A program made the position numbers and the translations under genes. DNA of 64,000 nt from Candidatus Oxydemutatoraceae bacterium (GTDB lineage Bacteria > Pseudomonadota > Gammaproteobacteria > Poriferisulfidales > Oxydemutatoraceae), in assembly GCA_965219575.1 (NCBI GenBank), contig OZ244779.1:1-64000 (forward strand), given 5' to 3'. The first letter of the stretch is position 1, and every line of letters starts with the position of its first letter. Under the pieces are notes generated by a model that ran no database searches, had not been told where the DNA came from, and worked only from the letters and a program-made list of their open reading frames with translations. Positions 43,125 through 53,000 of the stretch are shown in pieces.

Positions 43125-44912
43125 ATGACTAAATCACTGAAGTCTAAACAATTTAAGTTAAGTAAAGAGATTATTGCCAAAGGCAAGGAACGCGGTTTTC
43201 TGAGTTGTGCCGAACTCAGCGACCATCTACCCAACGATATCGTTGAAGCGGAACAAATCGAAGATATTATTGCGGTACTCACCGAAGCCGGCGTTAAGAT
43301 AGTCGAAAAATTACCCTCCGAAGATGAATTGTTGCTCAACAACGACGAAATAGTTGAAATGCCTGTGGAAGAAGTCGCTAGAGCGTTAACGCATACCAAT
43401 CACGAATTGAGAGGAACAACCGATCCTACCCGTATGTATATGCGTGAAATGGGCGCGGTCAACTTGTTGAACCGCGAAGGAGAAGTGGAAATTGCCAAGC
43501 GTATTGAAGAGGGGATGGATAAGGTACGCTCGGCACTGGGAACTTTCCCACCGGCAATTGCCGTATTGTTGGATATCTATGACAAATATAAAAGTGGCGA
43601 TATCAAAGAGCCTATAGCAACCGGTTTTTGGGAAGAGTGCGAGATTTCGATCGAAGAAACCAAAAAAATGGATAGTATGGAAATGATGGATCCCGACTTC
43701 CAAGAAGAAGCAATTGACACCGAAGATTTAGAGCAACACTTAGCGTTCTTAAAAAGACTTTACAGACGATCTAGATTGAAATCGGTACGCAAGTCGCCGA
43801 AATCGTACTCTAATCTATGCGAAAGAATGTCGGAGTTGTTGCTGGAACTTAATCTTACCCCTTTTGTCAACGAAGCTCTAAATCAAGAATTGAAATCTTA
43901 TAGTAAACGGATCAATACGACAGAGCGTGTGTTATTCGATATTTGTGTTAGAAAGGCGAAGATGCCCAAAAAGTATTTCATAGAGCGCACCAAAGAGAAT
44001 AAAATCGGCTATCTCTTGGGTTTGAGTTTGCTGCGGTCAAAATACGGTAAATCTTTACGCCCCTATAAAGACGCAATATTGCGAGAGCAAAACAAAATGA
44101 TTCAAATCGAAGAAGACACCGGTCTTTCTATCGCCGAAATCAAGAGAATCAATCTTGCCGTCGGTTCTGCAGAAACAAAAGCACGACGTGCCAAAAAAGA
44201 AATGATAGAAGCCAACTTACGATTGGTCATTTCTATCGCTAAAAAATACACCAATCGTGGATTGCATTTTTTAGATCTCATACAAGAGGGTAATATCGGT
44301 TTAATGAAAGCCGTTGATAAATTTGAATATCGTCGCGGCTACAAATTCTCGACATACGCAACTTGGTGGATACGCCAAGCAATCACCCGTTCGATAGCGG
44401 ATCAGGCACGCACGATACGTATCCCGGTACATATGATAGAGACAATCAATAAATTCAACCGCACAACCCGCAAACTCATTCAAGAATTCGGGCGAGAACC
44501 CAAACCTCACGAACTAGCACAGGCTTTGAACATGCCCGAAGATAAAGTGCGCAAGGTAATTAAGGTAACCAAAGAACCGATCTCTTTAGAAACACCGGTA
44601 GGCGACGATAATGATTCTCAACTCGAACAATTTATCAACGACGAGAATACAAAATTGCCCGACGAAAACGCATACAGCGATGCCTTAAAAAACGCTATGG
44701 AAGGTTTGTTGACAGGACTTACTCCCAGAGAAGCACAAGTTTTGAGAATGCGGTTCGGTATCAACATGAATACCGATCACACCTTAGAAGAAGTAGGAAA
44801 ACAGTTCGACGTGACACGAGAAAGAATACGCCAAATAGAAGCAAAAGCACTGAAAAAATTACGGCAACCGTCTAAAGCAGCGTTGCTTCGCAGTTTTCTG
44901 GACACCGATTGA
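43125..44912 (+). CDS. rpoD: RNA polymerase sigma factor RpoD
   Basis: Regions 1.1 to 4: [51 protein letters not shown]. Confidence 0.98.
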   Translation: MTKSLKSKQFKLSKEIIAKGKERGFLSCAELSDHLPNDIVEAEQIEDIIAVLTEAGVKIVEKLPSEDELLLNNDEIVEMPVEEVARALTHTNHELRGTTDPTRMYMREMGAVNLLNREGEVEIAKRIEEGMDKVRSALGTFPPAIAVLLDIYDKYKSGDIKEPIATGFWEECEISIEETKKMDSMEMMDPDFQEEAIDTEDLEQHLAFLKRLYRRSRLKSVRKSPKSYSNLCERMSELLLELNLTPFVNEALNQELKSYSKRINTTERVLFDICVRKAKMPKKYFIERTKENKIGYLLGLSLLRSKYGKSLRPYKDAILREQNKMIQIEEDTGLSIAEIKRINLAVGSAETKARRAKKEMIEANLRLVISIAKKYTNRGLHFLDLIQEGNIGLMKAVDKFEYRRGYKFSTYATWWIRQAITRSIADQARTIRIPVHMIETINKFNRTTRKLIQEFGREPKPHELAQALNMPEDKVRKVIKVTKEPISLETPVGDDNDSQLEQFINDENTKLPDENAYSDALKNAMEGLLTGLTPREAQVLRMRFGINMNTDHTLEEVGKQFDVTRERIRQIEAKALKKLRQPSKAALLRSFLDTD

Positions 44913-44979
44913 TAACCGTATTAAAAAATTTGCTATTGCGATAGCATAAGAATAGTTTTATCCTTTAACCTTCATCCAA

Positions 44980-45053
44980 GGGCCTGTAGCTCAGTCGGTC
45001 AGAGCGGGGGACTCATAATCCTTAGGTCGCAGGTTCGAATCCTGCCGGGCCCA
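44980..45053 (+). tRNA. tRNA with CAT anticodon, probably tRNA-Ile2 (lysidine); no encoded CCA
   Basis: GGGCCTG/CGGGCCC acceptor stem, anticodon loop CTCATAA, GTTCGAATC; position after rpoD matches ileX-type tRNAs. Confidence 0.88.
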
Positions 45054-45054
45054 T

Positions 45055-45263
45055 GGGGCTGTTGAAAAAGTGCGGCATCGTACGAATCCAATCACTTGCG
45101 CCATTTGGTTTTGGTTTCCATAAATTGGATGGATGAATGTATAAATCGTGTAGGCACAACGCGTTACGGGCGGACATGCTAGTCCGCCCCTACGGGTGGT
45201 TTGCAAATATTCACGGCGCAAGCGGTTACGGTTGCACGCTGACGATACTTTTTCAACAGCCCC
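45055..45263. mobile_element. MITE copy D at the tRNA 3' end (apparent 4-bp CCAT duplication)
   Basis: GGGGCTGTTGAAAAA...TTTTTCAACAGCCCC flanked by CCAT on both sides. Confidence 0.85.
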
Positions 45264-45418
45264 CCATTTATTCTTTATGATGCTTAGACAGCCGACATGC
45301 TAGTCCGCCCCTACGGGTGGTTTGCAAATATTCACGGCGCAAGCGGTTACGGTTGCACGCTGACGATACTTTTTCAACAGCCCCCCATTTATTCTTTATG
45401 ATGCTTAAACAACCGACA
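45173..45418. repeat. 121-bp tandem duplication (MITE right end plus flank)
   Basis: GACATGCTAGTCCGCCCC...TTTATGATGCTTA repeated at 45173 and 45294. Confidence 0.9.
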
Positions 45419-46319
45419 ATGTCGCCAGACAATCGGTCCATTGCCGCTGGCGATACGCGCCGAAACCCAATAATGTGAATAGTGCTTCCAGTCGATCGGT
45501 GTCGGCTGCACCGAGCTGCGTATTAAAGGTTTCGGGCAATGAAACATCCCTACAAATTGTAGCCAAACGGTGTGATAGTTTTATGGTCTCCGTATACTCC
45601 CTCACCAAACCCTCAATACGCCGAGCCCCACGGATACTAATATCGGAGATACACCCGACCTCGGTCAATAACCGATCGATAGAATTAAAATGACGGATTA
45701 ATTCCGTTGCGGTTTTAGGTCCTATTCCCGGCACACCCGGTATGTTGTCTACGGGATCGCCGGCAATTGCGAGCATGTCGGGGATTTGTTCCGGTAACAC
45801 TCCGAACTTGTCCAATACCCCCTGACAACCTAATTTAAGGTCTTGACCGTAATCCCACCATATATCGTCCCCTTCCAGCAGCTGTGTTAGGTCTTTATCT
45901 CTACTGACGATGACTACCGACTGTCCTCGTTGATGCGCTCGATGAGCCAAAGTGCCGATTAAATCGTCGGCTTCATAGTAGTTCGATGCAATTTCGCTAA
46001 GCCCGATAGCAACTAGAAATTCTCTACACTGCGCAAACTGACTTTTTAATTCTTCGGGAGCGGGATCTCGGTTCGCTTTATAAGGCGGATAAATATCGTT
46101 TCTATACGAGGTATCCAAGCTCTCGTCAAAAGCGAAGACTATATGTGTAGGCTTTACCTCATTGAGCAGTTTTAGCACAAAATCGCAAAAACCGTACACC
46201 GCATTGGCGGGTTGCCCTTCGGTGTTGCAGACGGTGTCGGACAGTGCAAACCAAGATCGAAATACATAAATACTTGCGTCGATCAGATAGAGCCGTGTAT
46301 CGCTATTCATCGGCTTCAA
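45405..46319 (-). CDS. Stand-alone 5'-3' exonuclease (PolI N-terminal/Xni-like)
   Basis: LIDAS, YKANR, EADDLIG, SRDKDL, GDPVDNIPGVPGIGPKTA. Confidence 0.92.
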   Translation of the reverse strand: MKPMNSDTRLYLIDASIYVFRSWFALSDTVCNTEGQPANAVYGFCDFVLKLLNEVKPTHIVFAFDESLDTSYRNDIYPPYKANRDPAPEELKSQFAQCREFLVAIGLSEIASNYYEADDLIGTLAHRAHQRGQSVVIVSRDKDLTQLLEGDDIWWDYGQDLKLGCQGVLDKFGVLPEQIPDMLAIAGDPVDNIPGVPGIGPKTATELIRHFNSIDRLLTEVGCISDISIRGARRIEGLVREYTETIKLSHRLATICRDVSLPETFNTQLGAADTDRLEALFTLLGFGAYRQRQWTDCLATLSVV

Positions 46320-47098
46320 ATGTTCGGCGTATAAATGTATGCCGAGTCGGGATGCAACAGCTTCATCGTTCTATACGAATGTTGATTATAAACCCAGCCT
46401 GTTACTATCAAACAAAGACCTTTTTCAAAAATTACCGGCACCGCCTCGGTCTCAAAATAAATTTCGTTTTGTTGCGGTATCAAAAAACGAAAACGGTCGG
46501 ACAAATAAAGATATTTTTTATCGCGGTATTTCCTGACCCGTTGTATACAACCCGATACTCGGTTAAAGCCGCTATATTTTAATTTGTCGGCGGCAGTCGG
46601 AGTGAAATAAGGTTCTGCCCAAACACCCTGCTCGGTGCGCCGAGCGTACTGTTCGGCATTGCGATAGCAATCGCGATAACGTAAATTAGGCGGAATACTG
46701 ATCGCAAAACCCAGACCTTCTCGGATGAGCTTCGCACCCACATTGTTGCCTTGCTCGTCAAAGACATGAGCCAACACCCTGCCGTATTTATCATAACGAT
46801 CCTCGTCGTGAACGATGAATGCATGATCGCTATGCAGGTATGCGCGTAGCCGCTCTCGAGCGCGTACGGCTAAAGGTTGATTGGGTCTATCTTTATAGCC
46901 TATCTCCGGTGCATTAATGCCGATAATTCGTATGCGTTTATCGTCGGTCAAGGTCAAGGTGTCGCCGTCGTTGACAAAGCGCACCGATACCCGATGATTC
47001 GGTGTTTGTAATGTACACGAATCCTCTTCGGCACCGGATGCGACGGAAAAACTTAAAATAAAAAGAGAGAAAAATAAAGCGTAGCTTAAACGACGCAA
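46316..47098 (-). CDS. Thermonuclease (SNase) family protein
   Basis: DGDT, IRIIGINAPE, DKYGRVLA, GVW; signal peptide; start uncertain (TTG 47098 avoids overlap with rpmE, track start 47146). Confidence 0.88.
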   Translation of the reverse strand: MRRLSYALFFSLFILSFSVASGAEEDSCTLQTPNHRVSVRFVNDGDTLTLTDDKRIRIIGINAPEIGYKDRPNQPLAVRARERLRAYLHSDHAFIVHDEDRYDKYGRVLAHVFDEQGNNVGAKLIREGLGFAISIPPNLRYRDCYRNAEQYARRTEQGVWAEPYFTPTAADKLKYSGFNRVSGCIQRVRKYRDKKYLYLSDRFRFLIPQQNEIYFETEAVPVIFEKGLCLIVTGWVYNQHSYRTMKLLHPDSAYIYTPNI

Positions 47099-47102
47099 TA
47101 CA

Positions 47103-47306
47103 TTAACGATTATATCGTTTGCGGAATTTGTCAACTTGACCGGCACTTTCTAAAATTTTCTGCTTGCCTGTATAAAAGGGATGGCAGGCTGCACAAACCT
47201 CAACCGTCATCTGTTTTTCCGGATAGGTCGAGCGAACCTTATACTTACAACCGCAACTACAAGTCACATCGACATATTTATATTCGGGGTGTATATCTGC
47301 TTTCAT
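47103..47306 (-). CDS. rpmE: 50S ribosomal protein L31 (Zn-binding type)
   Basis: MKADIHPEY, CSCG, CAACHPFYTGKQK. Confidence 0.96.
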   Translation of the reverse strand: MKADIHPEYKYVDVTCSCGCKYKVRSTYPEKQMTVEVCAACHPFYTGKQKILESAGQVDKFRKRYNR

Positions 47307-47349
47307 CATAAGATTTAGAATTAAATGCGTATCATAGCCGAATCCGAAG

Positions 47350-48537
47350 CTATAGACAAGAGGCATTATCGCGATGATGCGATGTCGGTTTATGAAATAG
47401 TCCGGCTATGCTTTTAACGAGGTGCTCAATATCGGCTTCTCGATGTGCTGCGGACAGCATAATTCTAAGACGAGCCGTCCCATGCGGCACGGTGGGCGGG
47501 CGTATCGCAACAACCAACAAACCCTCCTTGAGTAGAGCATCGCTTAAATCCATTGCCGATTTAGCGTCTCCGACGACGATGCCTTGAATCGCAGTAGTTG
47601 AATCCAAGCAAGGAATTTCATATTCGGCCGCCATGCTTCTGAATAAATTGATATTCCGATGCAGTGTGTTGCGACGGGTATCGTCGGTTTGGATGATTTC
47701 CAAGCTCGCTTGGGTAGCACAAACAACGGGAGGCGGCAGTGCGGTTGTGTAGATATAGGTGCGTGCTTTTTGTATCAAAGCCTCTATTAAATCATCGCTA
47801 CCGGCAACGAAGGCTCCGAAAGCCCCCAAGGCTTTGCCCAAAGTTGCCATCATCACCGGCACTTGTTGTTGGTTCAACCCGAAGTGTTCGAGGCTACCGC
47901 TTCCCGAAGCCCCCAACACACCGAAGCCGTGTGCGTCATCGACAACCAAAGTTGCCGAGTGTTCGGCGCACATATCGGATAACTCGGGCAACGGCGCAAT
48001 GTCTCCACCCATGCTAAACACGGCATCGCTGACGACAATCGCGTCTTTTTTCTCGTGTTTTAGGCTTCGGCGCAGAGATTCGGCATTGCCGTGTGCATAA
48101 CGGTATAAGTTTGCGCGCGACAGTAAAGCAGCATCGACAAGCGATGCATGATTTAGTTTATCTTCGTAAATTGCAGTGTGTCTATCCGCCAATGTTGTCA
48201 ATATGCCCAAATTAGCCATATAACCACCGGAAAATACCAACGCTCGTTCTCTAGAGACAAATTTTGCCAAAGACTCTTCGAGTATTTGATGTGCCTTTGT
48301 ATAGCCGTCAATCAAACAAGAAGCACCGGCACCGGTTCCGTATAGACGCGCGCCCTCCATACAAGCATTCACAACATGGGGATCACTCGCAAGCCCCAAA
48401 TAGTCATTGCTCGAGAAAGATAAGACCTCTTGTCCGTTCCATACGCGTAAAGCCCCCTTACATCCCAAACCGACATGTCTTTTGCGGTAAAGATTGTGTT
48501 TATGTTGATGGGCAATGATAGAATATAGATTTTTCAA
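47350..48537 (-). CDS. bioF: 8-amino-7-oxononanoate synthase
   Basis: SNDYLGL, NHASLVD, DDAHG, TLGKALG, AIRPPTVP. Confidence 0.94.
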   Translation of the reverse strand: MKNLYSIIAHQHKHNLYRKRHVGLGCKGALRVWNGQEVLSFSSNDYLGLASDPHVVNACMEGARLYGTGAGASCLIDGYTKAHQILEESLAKFVSRERALVFSGGYMANLGILTTLADRHTAIYEDKLNHASLVDAALLSRANLYRYAHGNAESLRRSLKHEKKDAIVVSDAVFSMGGDIAPLPELSDMCAEHSATLVVDDAHGFGVLGASGSGSLEHFGLNQQQVPVMMATLGKALGAFGAFVAGSDDLIEALIQKARTYIYTTALPPPVVCATQASLEIIQTDDTRRNTLHRNINLFRSMAAEYEIPCLDSTTAIQGIVVGDAKSAMDLSDALLKEGLLVVAIRPPTVPHGTARLRIMLSAAHREADIEHLVKSIAGLFHKPTSHHRDNASCL

Positions 48538-48561
48538 CGAGTATCGCCGTTATAAAATGAC

Positions 48562-49530
48562 TTATCCGTGTGCGGAAATTGTTTGCAGATCAAGCCGTTT
48601 GAATAAATCCATATCGCGTTCCGCCTTGGGATTGGCGGTAGTCAATAATTTTTCTCCGTAAAAAACAGAGTTTGCCCCGGCAAAGAAACACAAAGCCTGC
48701 ATTTCTTCGGACATGAATTCACGACCCGCAGAGAGCCGCAACCACGACTTAGGCATTACGATACGCGCAGTTGCGATAGTGCGCACAAACTCTAAACTAT
48801 CCAAGGCTTCCGTGCCGTAGAGCGGTGTGCCCTCCACCTGCACCAATAGATTAATCGGCACCGATTCGGGATGCGTTTCAAGGTTTGCCAGTTGACAAAG
48901 CAACCCGACGCGTTCGGCACGAGACTCACCCATACCGAGTATGCCACCGCAACACACTTTCATACCCGCCGCTTTTACACAGTCTAGCGTCCTAAGCCGT
49001 TCCTCGTAGGTGCGAGTCGTAATAATGTTGCCGTAAAATTCCGGCGAGGTATCCAAATTATGATTGTAATAATCAAGCCCCGCGCTTGCTAATCTACGAG
49101 TTTGTGATTCGCTCAACATACCCAATGTTACACAAGTCTCTAAACCCATAGCCTTGACCGCTTCCACCATTTCCGCAACGCGCTCTAGATTTCTATCGGT
49201 AGGAGACCGCCACGCAGCCCCCATGCAAAATCTATCGGCACCACTCTCTTTAGCGCGCCTCGCTGCCTCGATCACTTCTGCAATATCCAACAAACGCTCG
49301 GGACTCAAGCCGGTATCGTGGCGGATACTTTGCGGACAATATGCGCAATCTTCCGGACATCCTCCTGTTTTAATCGATAACAAAGTGCTGATCTGTATTT
49401 TTTGCGGGTCGTGAAATTGCCTGTGAATACTTTGCGCCTTGAATAAAAGGTCATTGAACGGCATTGCCATCAAAGCCGTTATTTCCTGCCGTTGCCAATC
49501 GTTTCTGAGGCGAGCTTCGTGTTTAGTCAT
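48562..49530 (-). CDS. bioB: Biotin synthase
   Basis: [29 protein letters not shown]; start placed at ATG 49530. Confidence 0.97.
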   Translation of the reverse strand: MTKHEARLRNDWQRQEITALMAMPFNDLLFKAQSIHRQFHDPQKIQISTLLSIKTGGCPEDCAYCPQSIRHDTGLSPERLLDIAEVIEAARRAKESGADRFCMGAAWRSPTDRNLERVAEMVEAVKAMGLETCVTLGMLSESQTRRLASAGLDYYNHNLDTSPEFYGNIITTRTYEERLRTLDCVKAAGMKVCCGGILGMGESRAERVGLLCQLANLETHPESVPINLLVQVEGTPLYGTEALDSLEFVRTIATARIVMPKSWLRLSAGREFMSEEMQALCFFAGANSVFYGEKLLTTANPKAERDMDLFKRLDLQTISAHG

Positions 49531-49685
49531 TAAATGGTTATCCTTGTTGTTTATCAATCGGAATATTCATTATAGGTGAACCTATTATAGGTGCAATTAC
49601 GGGGGGCTGTTGAAAAATTATCCACGAACTGTAGGGAAGGTACATTCCCCTCCTGCGGAGGGGAATTAGCTGATGCAGAACCTTG

Positions 49686-49938
49686 GGAGCTGTTGAAAAA
49701 GTATTCCATAGAGTGGTAGGGGCGGACTTGCATGTCCGCCCGTAACGCGCTGGTTGGCACGATTTATACATTCATTCACCTGATTTATGGAAACCAAAAC
49801 CATACGGCGCAAGCGGTTACGGCTGTGCAGAACAGCACTTAAGGGCAGACACACAGGTCTGCCCCTACAGGTGGTTTGGATAATTATGTGGCGCATAGCG
49901 GTTGAATTCGTGCAGAACAGTACTTTTTCAACAGCCCC
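49686..49938. mobile_element. MITE copy E, 5-bp TSD CCTTG (an orphan terminus lies upstream at ~49603-49635)
   Basis: GGAGCTGTTGAAAAA...TTTTTCAACAGCCCC; CCTTG at 49681-85 and 49939-43. Confidence 0.88.
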
Positions 49939-50012
49939 CCTTGACAACCACCCCGTCAGGCTTCGCCTGCCACCCCGCCACAGGAGAGGAATGGATGTGT
50001 TATCGATGATCT

Positions 50013-53000
50013 CTATTGTAAAAATCCCTCCAGGAACACTTTGGCTCGGATTCTAATACTTCGCTGTTCTTTACTGCCGGTAGACATTTCGTCGATTATC
50101 GGAGGTTGCGATTCCTCCGACACTTGCCCTTGCAACTCTATTTGCGTCGTATGCTCACTTCTCTTACCCAACCCGTCCACTACGGTAGTCCGCACACGAT
50201 AGGCGGTTCCCGGAGCCGAGTTCGGACCCTCCGGCAGCGTATAACGCATTCCGTTCACGCCTTCTAGTTCGTTGAAGGCATCGGACCCCACCGGACAATG
50301 CTCCCAAACATGCGTCTTCTCTTCAATGCCGTTATCATCGCTGAGCCGGTCGTTGAGTTGCAATACACCATCGGGCAATTCCTCAAGCACCGTCGTGCCG
50401 GTCGTCGGACTGTCTATTTGCAAAATAAGACACACGATTTGTGTCGTGCCGTCGGCATTATTAATTTTCACTTCCAACATCTCTTCCAACGAGTCTTCCA
50501 GATAATCCGCCTCGGGTGTGCCGCTGAACATAAGTCCCGACTCCGATTCGGCGTGATCTAACCAACTCGGCATCCGCATCACCGTATAGCCTTGCATCCC
50601 ATCACTGCTGCCTCTGACCGTATTTCTCGGAATGACATACTCAAACGGCTGATTCATTCCGACTAGCTGCACCGCTACACTTTGCTCGGCACGGGAAATC
50701 GTCAGGTGATAAGTTCTGCTCGCTTGCGACGCAAATTCAACCTGAACCGTAATCATCGTCATACCCGAAGCAGCCAATGAAATCGGGGAACTTTGGTTTC
50801 CGCTTAACACACTCTCGCTAAAGCCGTTATCGCTCATGATGCCGATGTCGGTGACACCGGGCGTAGCGGTCGGAAGCAATTTAATCGTATCCGCCTCGTT
50901 GGCAATCATCAAACGATAATTAAACACTTCGGTATTAAACAGATACGGTATCTCTTCGGTAGTTAATATAGACAAACCCGACAATCCGATCCGTTGATCG
51001 GGCATCAGCGTGCCGGCACCGGATTTAAGGGCAGGATATTGCGTTGCGGTGCCGAAATCCCATACCTCGAGATCCCAGCTACTGTATATACCGGTTGTCG
51101 TCGTCGGAGATTGCAACAGTGCCGTCGTCTTGCCTTCGCCACCGGCACTCTGTGCTCTTTCACTCGTCGTCTTATCCCAGTAGCTAGCGGTGATAGTCGC
51201 ATCTTCACTTTTAACACCCACTAGCCCACCTATGCCTCTTTCCCCTAAATTGCCTTCCACACGACCTACCGCATAGCTATTTATAATACGACCAACATGG
51301 ACACCGGCTAATCCTCCGACACTAAAGTTCGCCCGCACATCGGCAAATGAATAACTATCCCTAATCGTATAGTTTCTTTCATTATTACCCACTAATCCAC
51401 CGACCACATTTACTCCTACTACTTTACCGGTCGCATAACTGTTGACAACGCTACCGCTAATGCCGTTATTGCTACCAATCAAGCCTCCCACAGAGTTATT
51501 GCTTCCTTCTACATTCGCAATCGCATAACTATTGATAATATGACCGTTAGCTCCGATATTGCTCCCCACTAATCCGCCTACGCGACCCAGACCTTTGACA
51601 CTACCAATCGCATGACTACCGGAAACACGGCTGGCTAATAGAGAGCCTACTAAACCACCGACGAAGCTACTAAGATTGGCAGTTCCTATTGCTTCCACAT
51701 AAACTATCGCATAACTGTCGCTAATACTCGAATGCAAACTGCTACCAACTAATCCGCCGGTCTGAGAGTGCCCTATCACATCACCGGTCACATAGCTGTT
51801 ACTAACAATGCCACCGCCGCCCATGCGACCGACTAATCCACCGACCGCACGCCTTCCTCCGATATCCACATCTATTAGTCCGACACCGTTGATTTTAGTG
51901 CCACCACCGGATGCATGACCGAATAAACCTATATCGTTTTCTAGTTCTCTATTAATCATTAGATTGGAAATCGTGTTGTCGTTGCCCTCAAACCTCGTTA
52001 TCAGGCTCAGCGGTTTCCAGCCGGCACCTGTTGTCCAAGTACTCTTGTTAGCAATATCTTGATAATGATCATCGTTGTTGAAATCTAAATCATTGCTCAA
52101 TTCATATCCTCTGCATACACCTTCGCCACAACCTACGGTGCTTTTTATTGCCGATTCATTCTCTCTATAGCCGCTACCGCTCGGCGCATAGCGAATTGCA
52201 TTCAATCCCTCCAAACTGCAAATCTCTATCAAGCCGTCGTCGTCTTGATCTACGTCTGTTGTGCCACAGGATGTTAACGGCAGTGCTTCAATTTCTATAC
52301 TTAATTCAACCGCCGCCGCGCTCGCCGTAAGTGTCCCGCTGTCGTCGGTAGCAGTCAATCGCAGTCTCAACGAACCTGGCTGCAATGCAGTTAATTCAAA
52401 CTCGGCTGTTCTCGTCTCACCGAGATCGGCACCCAGCAATATCCCCGGCGGTTCTACAAGCACTATCTCCGTCATTGTCGGAATCTGCGCTATCGTGAGT
52501 GTGACAATATCCTCTGCATCAACTTCCGATATGACTACCGAGACCCTCGTCGTCTGCCCGGATAGTAGTCTGATAGAACTATTATCACTCGGCACATCTA
52601 TGCTCGGGGCGGTATTCGTTTTCCCTCGATAGGCTGAGAAATCGGATGCAATCTCTTCGCTGTAGCCTTGCCCGTCGGTATAACTCACTATCACGCGATA
52701 CTGGACGATACCGCCGGTATACTTCGGTGCGGTATACGCCTCGCTCGTGCCGGCAGGCACATTCGTCCATGCGGTACCGACACTCTCTCTGCTCTGCCAC
52801 TGATATCCGATAGTGCCGACACCGCCGTCGGGGTCGCCGCTCAAATCTATAGCCGGCGCAGTAAGCACTCTGTCGTTTAGACTCGGCGCGCCCAATGCCG
52901 CAATCTGTCCGTTGTTGCGCTTGGCTATGGTAATTTCTATTTGCCGTGTGATGATGCCCACATAACTACTCGCTTCCAATGTCAACATCGCATTAGCGGT

